Of a stretch of DNA of 64,000 nt, positions 13,101 through 25,900 are shown in pieces. A model generated the notes under the pieces. It made no database searches. It saw only the letters and a program-made list of their open reading frames with translations, and was not told the DNA's origin. The first letter of the stretch is position 1; the number at the start of each line of letters is the position of its first letter. Source of the DNA: the human T2T-CHM13v2.0 reference genome, Homo sapiens; NCBI RefSeq assembly GCF_009914755.1, contig NC_060925.1, one strand, 5' to 3'. A program made the position numbers and the translations under genes.

Positions 13101-14072
13101 TTATCGAATGCAATCGAATGGAATTATCGAATGCAATCGAATAGAATCATTGAATGGACTCGAATGGAATAATCATTGAACGGAATCGAATGGAATCATC
13201 ATCGGATGGAAACGAATGGAATCATCATCGAATGGAAATGAAAGGAGTCATCATCTAATGGAATTGCATGGAATCATCATAAAATGGAATCGAATGGAAT
13301 CAACATCAAATGGAATCAAATGGAATCATTGAACGGAATTGAATGGAATCGTCATCGAATGAATTGAATGCAATCATCGAATGGTCTCGAATGGAATCAT
13401 CTTCAAATGGAATGGAATGGAATCATCGCATAGAATCGAATGGAATTATCATCGAATGGAATCGAATGGAATCAACATCAAACGGAAAAAAACGGAATTA
13501 TCGAATGGAATCGAAGAGAATCATCGAATGGACCCGAATGGAATCATCTAATGGAATGGAATGGAATAATCCATGGACTCGAATGCAATCATCATCGAAT
13601 GGAATCGAATGGAATCATCGAATGGACCCGAATGGAATAATCATTGAATGGAATCGAATGGAATCATCATCGGATGGAAATGAAAGGAGTCATCATCTAA
13701 TGGAATTGCATGGAATCATCATAAAATGGAATCGAATGGAATCAACATCAAATGGAATCAAATGGAATCATTGAACGGAATTGAATGGAATCGTGATCGA
13801 ATGAATTGAATGCAATCATCGAATGGTCTCGAATGGAATCATCTTCAAATGGAATGGAATGGAATCATCGCATAGAATCGAATGGAATTATCATCGAATG
13901 GAATCGAATGGAATCAACATCAAACGGAAAAAAACGGAATTATCGAATGGAATCGAAGAGAATCATCGAATGGACCCGAATGGAATCATCTAATGAAACG
14001 GAATGGAATAATCCATGGACTCGAATGCAATCATCATCGAATGGAATCGAATGGAATCATCGAATGGACTCG
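10152..14072 (+). repeat. Rearranged ~3.9-kb block, copy 2 (offset 9832)
   Basis: ORF starts 10928, 11416, 11863, 12282, 12957, 13343 and 13806 equal those of copy 1 plus 9832 and carry the same rare variants (TCAAGCGG, GGACTGGAAGGC, GGACACGAAAGAG, TAATGAAACGG). Confidence 0.88.
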
Positions 14073-16867
14073 AATGGAGTAATCATTGAACGGAATCGAA
14101 TGGAATCATCATCGGATGGAAATGAATGGAATCATCATCGAATGGAATCGAATAGAATTATGGAATGAAATCCAGTGTGATCATCATCGAATGGACCCGA
14201 ATGGAATCATCATCCACCGGAAGCTAATGGAATCAACATCGAATGAATCGAATGGAAACACCATCGAATTGAAACGAATGGAATTATCATGAAATTGAAA
14301 TGGATGGACTCATCATCGAATGGATTCGAATGGAATCATCGAATAAAATTGATTGAAATCATCATCGAATGGAATCGAATGGTATCATTGAATGGAATCG
14401 AATGGAATCATCATCAGATGGAAATGAATGGAATCGTCATAGAATGGAATCGAATGGATTCATTGAATGGAATCAGATGGAATCATCGAATGGACTGGAA
14501 TGGAATCATTGAATGGACTCAAAAGGGATCATTGTTGAATGGAATTGAATGGAATCATCGAATGGTCTCGATTGGAATCATTATCAAATGGAATCGAATG
14601 GAATCACCGAATAGAATCGAATGGAACAATCATCGAATGGACTCAAATGGAATTATCCTCCAATGGAATCGAATGGAATTATCGAATGCAATCGAATGGA
14701 ATTATCGAATGCAATCGAATAGAATCATCGAATGGACTCGAATGGAATCATCGAATGGAATGGAATGGAACAGTCAATGAACTCGAATGGAATCATCATT
14801 GAATGGAATCGAATGGAATCATCGAGTGGAATCGAATGGAATTATGATCAAATGGAATCGAATGTAATCATCATCAAATGGAATCAAAAATAACCATCAT
14901 CAATTGGTATTGAATGGAATTGTCATCAAATGGAATTCAAAGGAATCATCATCAAATGGAACCGAATGGAATCCTCATTGAATGGAAATGAAAAGGGTCA
15001 TCATCTAATGGAATCACATGGAATCATCATCAAATGGAATCGAATGGAATCATCATCAAATGGAATCTAATGGAATCATTGAACAGAATTGAATGGAATC
15101 GTCATCGAATGAATTGAATGCAATCATCGAATGGTCTCGAATGGAATCATCTTCTAATGGAAAGGAATGGAATCATCGCATAGAATCGAATGGAATTATC
15201 ATCGAATGGAATCGAATGGTATCAACACCAAACGGAAAAGAACGGAATTATCGAATGGAATCGAAGAGAATCTTCGAACGGACCCGAATGGAATCATCTA
15301 ATGGAATGGAATGGAATAATCCATGGACTCGAATGCAATCATCATCGAATGGAATCGACTGGAATCATCGAATGGACTCGAATGGAATAATCATTGAACG
15401 GAATCGAATGGAATCATCATCGGATGGAAACGAATGGAATCATCATCGAATGGAAATGAAAGGAGTCATCATCTAATGGAATTGCATGGAATCATCATAA
15501 AATGGAATCGAATGGAATCAACATCAAATGGAATCAAATGGAATCATTGAACGGAATTGAATGGAATCGTCATCGAATGAATTGACTGCAATCATCGAAT
15601 GGTCTCGAATGGAATCATCTTCAAATGGAATGGAATGGAATCATCGCATAGAATCGAATGGAATTATCATCGAATGGAATCGAATGGAATCAACATCAAA
15701 CGGAAAAAAACGGAATTATCGAATGGAATCGAAGAGAATCATCGAATGGACCCGAATGGAATCATCTAATGGAATGGAATGGAATAATCCATGGACTCGA
15801 ATGCAATCATCATCGAATGGAATCGAATGGAATCATCGAATGGACTCGAATGGAATAATCATTGAACGGAATCGAATGGAATCATCATGGATGGAAATGA
15901 ATGGAATCATCATCGAATGGAATCGAATAGAATTATGGAATGAAATCCAGTGTGATCATCATCGAATGGACCCGAATGGAATCATCATCCAACGGAAGCT
16001 AATGGAATCAACATCGAATGAATCGAATGGAAACACCATCGAATTGAAACGAATGGAATTATCATGAAATTGAAATGGATGGACTCATCATCGAATGGAT
16101 TCGAATGGAATCATCGAATAAAATTAATTGAAATCATCATCCAATGGAATCGAATGGTATCATTGAATGGAATCGAATGGAATCATCATCAGATGGAAAT
16201 GAATGGAATCGTCATAGAATGGAATCGAATGGATTCATTGAATGGAATCAGATGGAATCATCGAATGGACTGGAATGGAATCATTGAATGGACTCAAAAG
16301 GGATCATTATTGAATGGAATTGAATGGAATCATCGAATGGTCTCGATTGGAATCATTATCAAATGGAATCGAATGGAATCACCGAATAGAATCGAATGGA
16401 ACAATCATCGAATGGACTCAAATGGAATTATCCTCCAATGGAATCGAATGGAATTATCGAATGCAATCGAATGGAATTATCGAATGCAATCGAATAGAAT
16501 CATCGAATGGACTCGAATGGAATCATCGAATGGAATGGAATGGAACAGTCAATGAACTCGAATGGAATCATCATTGAATGGAATCGAATGGAATCATCGA
16601 GTGGAATCGAATGGAATTATGATCAAATGGAATCGAATGTAATCATCATCAAATGGAATCAAAAATAACCATCATCAATTGGTATTGAAAGGAATTGTCA
16701 TCAAATGGAATTCAAAGGAATCATCATCAAATGGAACCGAATGGAATCCTCATTGAATGGAAATGAAAGGGGTCATCATCTAATGGAATCGCATGGAATC
16801 ATCATCAAATGGAATCGAATGGAATGATCATCAAATGGAATCTAATGGAATCATTGAACAGAATTGA

Positions 16868-17335
16868 ATGGAATCGTCATGGAATGAATTGAATGCAATC
16901 ATCGAATGGTCTCGAATGGAATCATCTTCTAATGGAAAGGAATGGAATCATCGCATAGAATCGAATGGAATTATCATCGAATGGAATCGAATGGTATCAA
17001 CACCAAACGGAAAAAAACGGAATTATCGAATGGAATCGAAGAGAATCTTCGAACGGACCCGAATGGAATCATCTAATGGAATGGAATGGAATAATCCATG
17101 GACTCGAATGCAATCATCATCGAATGGAATGGAATGGAATCATCGAATGGACTCGAATGGAATAATCATTGAACGGAATCGAATGGAATCATCATCGGAT
17201 GGAAACGAATGGAATCATCATCGAATGGAAATGAAAGGAGTCATCATCTAATGGAATTGCATGGAATCATCATAAAATGGAATCGAATGGAATCAACATC
17301 AAATGGAATCAAATGGAATCATTGAACGGAATTGA
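16868..17335 (+). repeat. 468-bp sub-repeat A1 within the 1776-bp unit (example copy)
   Basis: Homologous start points at 16868 and 17336 are 468 bp apart. A1 diagnostics: TTCTAATGGAAAGG, GGTATCAACACC, GAATCTTCGAACGG. Confidence 0.9.
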
Positions 17336-17700
17336 ATGGAATCGTCATCGAATGAATTGACTGCAATCATCGAATGGTCTCGAATGGAATCATCTTCAAA
17401 TGGAATGGAATGGAATCATCGCATAGAATCGAATGGAATTATCATCGAATGGAATCGAATGGAATCAACATCCAACGGAAAAAAACGGAATTATCGAATG
17501 GAATCGAAGAGAATCATCGAATGGACCCGAATGGAATCATCTAATGGAATGGAATGGAATAATCCATGGACTCGAATGCAATCATCATTGAATGGAATCG
17601 AATGGAATCATCGAATGGACTCGAATGGAATAATCATTGAACGGAATCGAATGGAATCATCATCGGATGGAAATGAATGGAATCATCATCGAATGGAATC
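17336..17700 (+). repeat. Sub-repeat A2 within the 1776-bp unit (example copy, runs into B segment)
   Basis: A2 diagnostics: GAATTGACTGC, TTCAAATGGAATGG, GGAATCAACATC, GAATCATCGAATGGACCC. It is followed by the B segment starting AATAGAATTATGGAATGAAATCCAGTGTG. Confidence 0.88.
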
Positions 17701-20700
17701 GAATAGAATTATGGAATGAAATCCAGTGTGATCATCATCGAATGGACCCGAATGGAATCATCATCCAACGGAAGCTAATGGAATCAACATCGAATGAATC
17801 GAATGGAAACACCATCGAATTGAAACGAATGGAATTATCATGAAATTGAAATGGATGGACTCATCATCGAATGGATTCGAATGGAATCATCGAATAAAAT
17901 TGATTGAAATCATCATCCAATGGAATCGAATGGTATCATTGAATGGAATCGAATGGAGTCATCATCAGATGGAAATGAATGGAATCGTCATAGAATGGAA
18001 TCGAATGGATTCATTGAATGGAATCAGATGGAATCATCGAATGGACTGGAATGGAATCATTGAATGGACTCGAAAGGGATCATTATTGAATGGAATTGAA
18101 TGGAATCATCGAATGGTCTCGATTGGAATCATTATCAAATGGAATCGAATGGAATCACCGAATAGAATCGAATGGAACAATCATCGAATGGACTCAAATG
18201 GAATTATCCTCCAATGGAATCGAATGGAATTATCGAATGCAATCGAATGGAATTATCGAATGCAATCGAATAGAATCATCGAATGGACTCGAATGGAATC
18301 ATCGAATGGAATGGAATGGAACAGTCAATGAACTCGAATGGAATCATCATTGAATGGAATCGAATGGAATCATCGAGTGGAATCGAATGGAATTATGATC
18401 AAATGGAATCGAATGTAATCATCATCAAATGGAATCAAAAATAACCATCATCAATTGGTATTGAATGGAATTGTCATCAAATGGAATTCAAAGGAATCAT
18501 CATCAAATGGAACCGAATGGAATCCTCATTGAATGGAAATGAAAGGGGTCATCATCTAACGGAATCGCATGGAATCATCATCAAATGGAATCTAATGGAA
18601 TCATTGAACAGAATTGAATGGAATCGTCATCGAATGAATTGAATGCAATCATCGAATGGTCTCGAATGGAATCATCTTCTAATGGAAAGGAATGGAATCA
18701 TCGCATAGAATCGAATGGAATTATCATCGAATGGAATCGAATGGTATCAACACCAAACGGAAAAAAACGGAATTATCGAATGGAATCGAAGAGAATCTTC
18801 GAACGGACCCGAATGGAATCATCTAATGGAATGGAATGGAATAATCCATGGACTCGAATGCAATCATCATCGAATGGAATGGAATGGAATCATCGAATGG
18901 ACTCGAATGGAATAATCATTGAACGGAATCGAATGGAATCATCATCGGATGGAAACGAATGGAATCATCATCGAATGGAAATGAAAGGAGTCATCATCTA
19001 ATGGAATTGCATGGAATCATCATAAAATGGAATCGAATGGAATCAACATCAAATGGAATCAAATGGAATCATTGAACGGAATTGAATGGAATCGTCATCG
19101 AATGAATTGACTGCAATCATCGAATGGTCTCGAATGGAATCATCTTCAAATGGAATGGAATGGAATCATCGCATAGAATCGAATGGAATTATCATCGAAT
19201 GGAATCGAATGGAATCAACATCAAACGGAAAAAAACGGAATTATCGAATGGAATCGAAGAGAATCATCGAATGGACCCGAATGGAATCATCTAATGGAAT
19301 GGAATGGAATAATCCATGGACTCGAATGCAATCATCATCGAATGGAATCGAATGGAATCATCGAATGGACTCGAATGGAATAATCATTGAACGGAATCGA
19401 ATGGAATCATCATCGGATGGAAATGAATGGAATCATCATCGAATGGAATCGAATAGAATTATGGAATGAAATCCAGTGTGATCATCATCGAATGGACCCG
19501 AATGGAATCATCATCCAACGGAAGCTAATGGAATCAACATCGAATGAATCGAATGGAAACACCATCGAATTGAAACGAATGGAATTATCATGAAATTGAA
19601 ATGGATGGACTCATCATCGAATGGATTCGAATGGAATCATCGAATAAAATTGATTGAAATCATCATCGAATGGAATCGAATGGTATCATTGAATGGAATC
19701 GAATGGAATCATCATCAGATGGAAATGAATGGAATCGTCATAGAATGGAATCGAATGGATTCATTGAATGGAATCAGATGGAATCATCGAATGGACTGGA
19801 ATGGAATCATTGAATGGACTCAAAAGGGATCATGATTGAATGGAATTGAATGGAATCATCGAATGGTCTCGATTGGAATCATTATCAAATGGAATCGAAT
19901 GGAATCACCGAATAGAATCGAATGGAACAATCATCGAATGGACTCAAATGGAATTATCCTCAAATGGAATCGAATGGAATTATCGAATGCAATCGAATGG
20001 AATTATCGAATGCAATCTAATAGAATCATCGAAAGGACTCGAATGGAATCATCGAATGGAATGGAATGGAACAGTCAATGAACTCGAATGGAATCATCAT
20101 TGAATGGAATCGAATGGAATCATCGAGTGGAATCGAATGGAATTATGATCAAATGGAATCGAATGTAATCATCATCAAATGGAATCAAAAATAACCATCA
20201 TCAATTGGTATTGAATGGAATTGTCATCAAATGGAATTCAAAGGAATCATCATCAAATGGAACCGAATGGAATCCTCATTGAATGGAAATGAAAGGGGTC
20301 ATCATCTAATGGAATCGCATGGAATCATCATCAAATGGAATCGAATGGAATCATCATCAAATGGAATCTAATGGAATCATTGAACAGAATTGAATGGAAT
20401 CGTCATGGAATGAATTGAATGCAATCATCGAATGGTCTCGAATGGAATCATCTTCTAATGGAAAGGAATGGAATCATCGCATAGAATCGAATGGAATTAT
20501 CATCGAATGGAATCGAATGGTATCAACACCAAACGGAAAAAAACGGAATTATCGAATGGAATCGAAGAGAATCTTCGAACGGACCCGAATGGAATCATCT
20601 AATGGAATGGAATGGAATAATCCATGGACTCGAATGCAATCATCATCGAATGGAATGGAATGGAATGGAATCATCGAATGGACTCGAATGGAATAATCAT

Positions 20701-22943
20701 TGAACGGAATCGAATGGAATCATCATCGGATGGAAACGAATTGAATCATCATCGAATGGAAATGAAAGGAGTCATCATCTAATGGAATTGCATGGAATCA
20801 TCATAAAATGGAATCGAATGGAATCAACATCAAATGGAATCAAATGGAATCATTGAACGGAATTGAATGGAATCGTCATCGAATGAATTGACTGCAATCA
20901 TCGAATGGTCTCGAATGGAATCATCTTCAAATGGAATGGAATGGAATCATCGCATAGAATCGAATGGAATTATCATCGAATGGAATCGAATGGAATCAAC
21001 ATCAAACGGAAAAAAACGGAATTATCGAATGGAATCGAAGAGAATCATCGAATGGACCCGAATGGAATCATCTAATGGAATGGAATGGAATAATCCATGG
21101 ACTCGAATGCAATCATCATCGAATGGAATCGAATGGAATCATCGAATGGACTCGAATGGAATAATCATTGAACGGAATCGAATGGAATCATCATCGGATG
21201 GAAATGAATGGAATCATCATCGAATGGAATCGAATAGAATTATGGAATGAAATCCAGTGTGATCATCATCGAATGGACCCGAATGGAATCATCATCCAAC
21301 GGAAGCTAATGGAATCAACATCGAATGAATCGAATGGAAACACCATCGAATTGAAACGAATGGAATTATCATGAAATTGAAATGGATGGACTCATCATCG
21401 AATGGATTCGAATGGAATCATCGAATAAAATTGATTGAAATCATCATCCAATGGAATCGAATGGTATCATTGAATGGAATCGAATGGAATCATCATCAGA
21501 TGGAAATGAATGGAATCGTCATAGAATGGAATCGAGTGGATTCATTGAATGGAATCAGATGGAATCATCGAATGGACTGGAATGGAATCATTGAATGGAC
21601 TCGAAAGGGATCATGATTGAATGGAATTGAATGGAATCATCGAATGGTCTCGATTGGAATCATTATCAAATGGAATCGAATGGAATCACCGAATAGAATC
21701 GAATGGAACAATCATCGAATGGACTCAAATGGAATTATCCTCAAATGGAATCGAATGGAATTATCGAATGCAATCGAATGGAATTATCGAATGCAATCGA
21801 ATAGAATCATCGAAAGGACTCGAATGGAATCATCGAATGGAATGGAATGGAACAGTCAATGAACTCGAATGGAATCATCATTGAATGGAATCCAATGGAA
21901 TCATCGAGTGGAATCGAATGGAATTATGATCAAATGGAATCTAATGTAATCATCATCAAATGGAATCAAAAATAACCATCATCAATTGGTATTGAATGGA
22001 ATTGTCATCAAATGGAATTCAAAGGAATCATCATCAAATGGAACCGAATGGAATCCTCATTGAATGGAAATGAAAGGGGTCATCATCTAATGGAATCGCA
22101 TGGAATCATCATCAAATGGAATCGAATGGAATCATCATCAAATGGAATCTAATGGAATCATTGAACAGAATTGAATGGAATCGTCATCGAATGAATTGAA
22201 TGCAATCATCGAATGGTCTCGAATGGAATCATCTTCTAACGGAAAGGAATGGAATCATCGCATAGAATCGAATGGAATTATCATCGAATGGAATCGAATG
22301 GTATCAACACCAAACGGAAAAAAACGGAATTATCGAATGGAATCGAAGAGAATCTTCGAACGGACCCGAATGGAATCATCTAATGGAATGGAATGGAATA
22401 ATCCATGGACTCGAATGCAATCATCATCGAATGGAATGGAATGGAATCATCGAATGGACTCGAATGGAATAATCATTGAACGGAATCGAATGGAATCATC
22501 ATCGGATGGAAACGAATGGAATCATCATCGAATGGAAATGAAAGGAGTCATCATCTAATGGAATTGCATGGAATCATCATCAAATGGAATCGAATGGAAT
22601 CAACATCAAATGGAATCAAATGGAATCATTGAACGGAATTGAATGGAATCGTCATCGAATGAATTGACTGCAATCATCGAATGGTCTCGAATGGAATCAT
22701 CTTCAAATGGAATGGAATGGAATCATCGCATAGAATCGAATGGAATTATCATCGAATGGAATCGAATGGAATCAACATCAAACGGAAAAAAACGGAATTA
22801 TCGAATGGAATCGAAGAGAATCATCGAATGGACCCGAATGGAATCATCTAATGGAATGGAATGGAATAATCCATGGACTCGAATGCAATCATCATCGAAT
22901 GGAATCGAATGGAATCATCGAATGGACTCGAATGGAATAATCA

Positions 22944-25900
22944 TTGAACGGAATCGAATGGAATCATCATCGGATGGAAATGAATGGAATCATCATCGAA
23001 TGGAATCGAATAGAATTATGGAATGAAATCCAGTGTGATCATCATCGAATGGACCCGAATGGAATCATCATCCAACGGAAGCTAATGGAATCAACATCGA
23101 ATGAATCGAATGGAAACACCATCGAATTGAAACGAATGGAATTATCATGAAATTGAAATGGATGGACTCATCATCGAATGGATTCGAATGGAATCATCGA
23201 ATAAAATTGATTGAAATCATCATCCAATGGAATCGAATGGTATCATTGAATGGAATCGAATGGAATCATCATCAGATGGAAATGAATGGAATCGTCATAG
23301 AATGGAATCGAGTGGATTCATTGAATGGAATCAGATGGAATCATCGAATGGACTGGAATGGAATCATTGAATGGACTCGAAAGGGATCATGATTGAATGG
23401 AATTGAATGGAATCATCGAATGGTCTCGATTGGAATCATTATCAAATGGAATCGAATGGAATCACCGAATAGAATCGAATGGAACAATCATCGAATGGAC
23501 TCAAATGGAATTATCCTCAAATGGAATGGAATGGAATTATCGAATGCAATCGAATGGAATTATCGAATGCAATCGAATAGAATCATCGAAAGGACTCGAA
23601 TGGAATCATCGAATGGAATGGAATGGAACAGTCAATGAACTCGAATGGAATCATCATTGAATGGAATCCAATGGAATCATCGAGTGGAATCGAATGGAAT
23701 TATGATCAAATGGAATCTAATGTAATCATCATCAAATGGAATCAAAAATAACCATCATCAATTGGTATTGAATGGAATTGTCATCAAATGGAATTCAAAG
23801 GAATCATCATCAAATGGAACCGAATGGAATCCTCATTGAATGGAAATGAAAGGGGTCATCATCTAATGGAATCGCATGGAATCATCATCAAATGGAATCG
23901 AATGGAATCATCATCAAATGGAATCTAATGGAATCATTGAACAGAATTGAATGGAATCGTCATCGAATGAATTGAATGCAATCATCGAATGGTCTCGAAT
24001 GGAATCATCTTCTAACGGAAAGGAATGGAATCATCGCATAGAATCGAATGGAATTATCATCGAATGGAATCGAATGGTATCAACACCAAACGGAAAAAAA
24101 CGGAATTATCGAATGGAATCGAAGAGAATCTTCGAACGGACCCGAATGGAATCATCTAATGGAATGGAATGGAATAATCCATGGACTCGAATGCAATCAT
24201 CATCGAATGGAATGGAATGGAATCATCGAATGGACTCGAATGGAATAATCATTGAACGGAATCGAATGGAATCATCATCGGATGGAAACGAATGGAATCA
24301 TCATCGAATGGAAATGAAAGGAGTCATCATCTAATGGAATTGCATGGAATCATCATCAAATGGAATCGAATGGAATCAACATCAAATGGAATCAAATGGA
24401 ATCATTGAACGGAATTGAATGGAATCGTCATCGAATGAATTGACTGCAATCATCGAATGGTCTCGAATGGAATCATCTTCAAATGGAATGGAATGGAATC
24501 ATCGCATAGAATCGAATGGAATTATCATCGAATGGAATCGAATGGAATCAACAGCAAACGGAATAAAACGGAATTATCGAATGGAATCGAAGAGAATCAT
24601 CGAATGGACCCGAATGGAATCATCTAATGGAATGGAATGGAATAATCCATGGACTCGAATGCAATCATCATCGAATGGAATCGAATGGAATCATCGAATG
24701 GACTCGAATGGAATAATCATTGAACGGAATCGAATGGAATCATCATCGGATGGAAATGAATGGAATCATCATCGAATGGAATCGAATAGAATTATGGAAT
24801 GAAATCCAGTGTGATCATCATCGAATGGACCCGAATGGAATCATCATCCAACGGAAGCTAATGGAATCAACATCGAATGAATCGAATGGAAACACCATCG
24901 AATTGAAACGAATGGAATTATCATGAAATTGAAATGGATGGACTCATCATCGAATGGATTCGAATGGAATCATCGAATAAAATTGATTGAAATCATCATC
25001 CAATGGAATCGAATGGTATCATTGAATGGAATCGAATGGAATCATCATCAGATGGAAATGAATGGAATCGTCATAGAATGGAATCGAATGGATTCATTGA
25101 ATGGAATCAGATGGAATCATCGAATGGACTGGAATGGAATCATTGAATGGACTCGAAAGGGATCATGATTGAATGGAATTGAATGGAATCATCGAATGGT
25201 CTCGATTGGAATCATTATCAAATGGAATCGAATGGAATCACCGAATAGAATCGAATGGAACAATCATCGAATGGACTCAAATGGAATTATCCTCCAATGG
25301 AATCGAATGGAATTATCGAATGCAATCGAATGGAATTATCGAATGCAATCGAATAGAATCATCGAATGGACTCGAATGGAATCATCGAATGGAATGGAAT
25401 GGAACAGTCAATGAACTCGAATGGAATCATCATTGAATGGAATTGAATGGAATCATCGAGTGGAATCGAATGGAATTATGATCAAATGGAATTGAATGTA
25501 ATCCTCATCAAATGGAATCAAAAATAACCATCATCAATTGGTATTGAATGGAATTGTCATCAAATGCAATTCAAAGGAATCATCATCAAATGGAACCGAA
25601 TGGAATCCTCATTGAATGGAAATGAAAGGGGTCATCATCTAATGGAATCGCATGGAATCATCATCAAATGGAATCGAATGGAATCATCATCAAATGGAAT
25701 CTAATGGAATCATTGAACAGAATTGAATGGAATCGTCATCGAATGAATTGAATGCAATCATCGAATGGTCTCGAATGGAATCATCTTCTAATGGAAAGGA
25801 ATGGAATCATCGCATAGAATCGAATGGAATTATCATCGAATGGAATCGAATGGTATCAACACCAAACGGAAAAAAACGGAATTATCGAATGGAATCGAAG

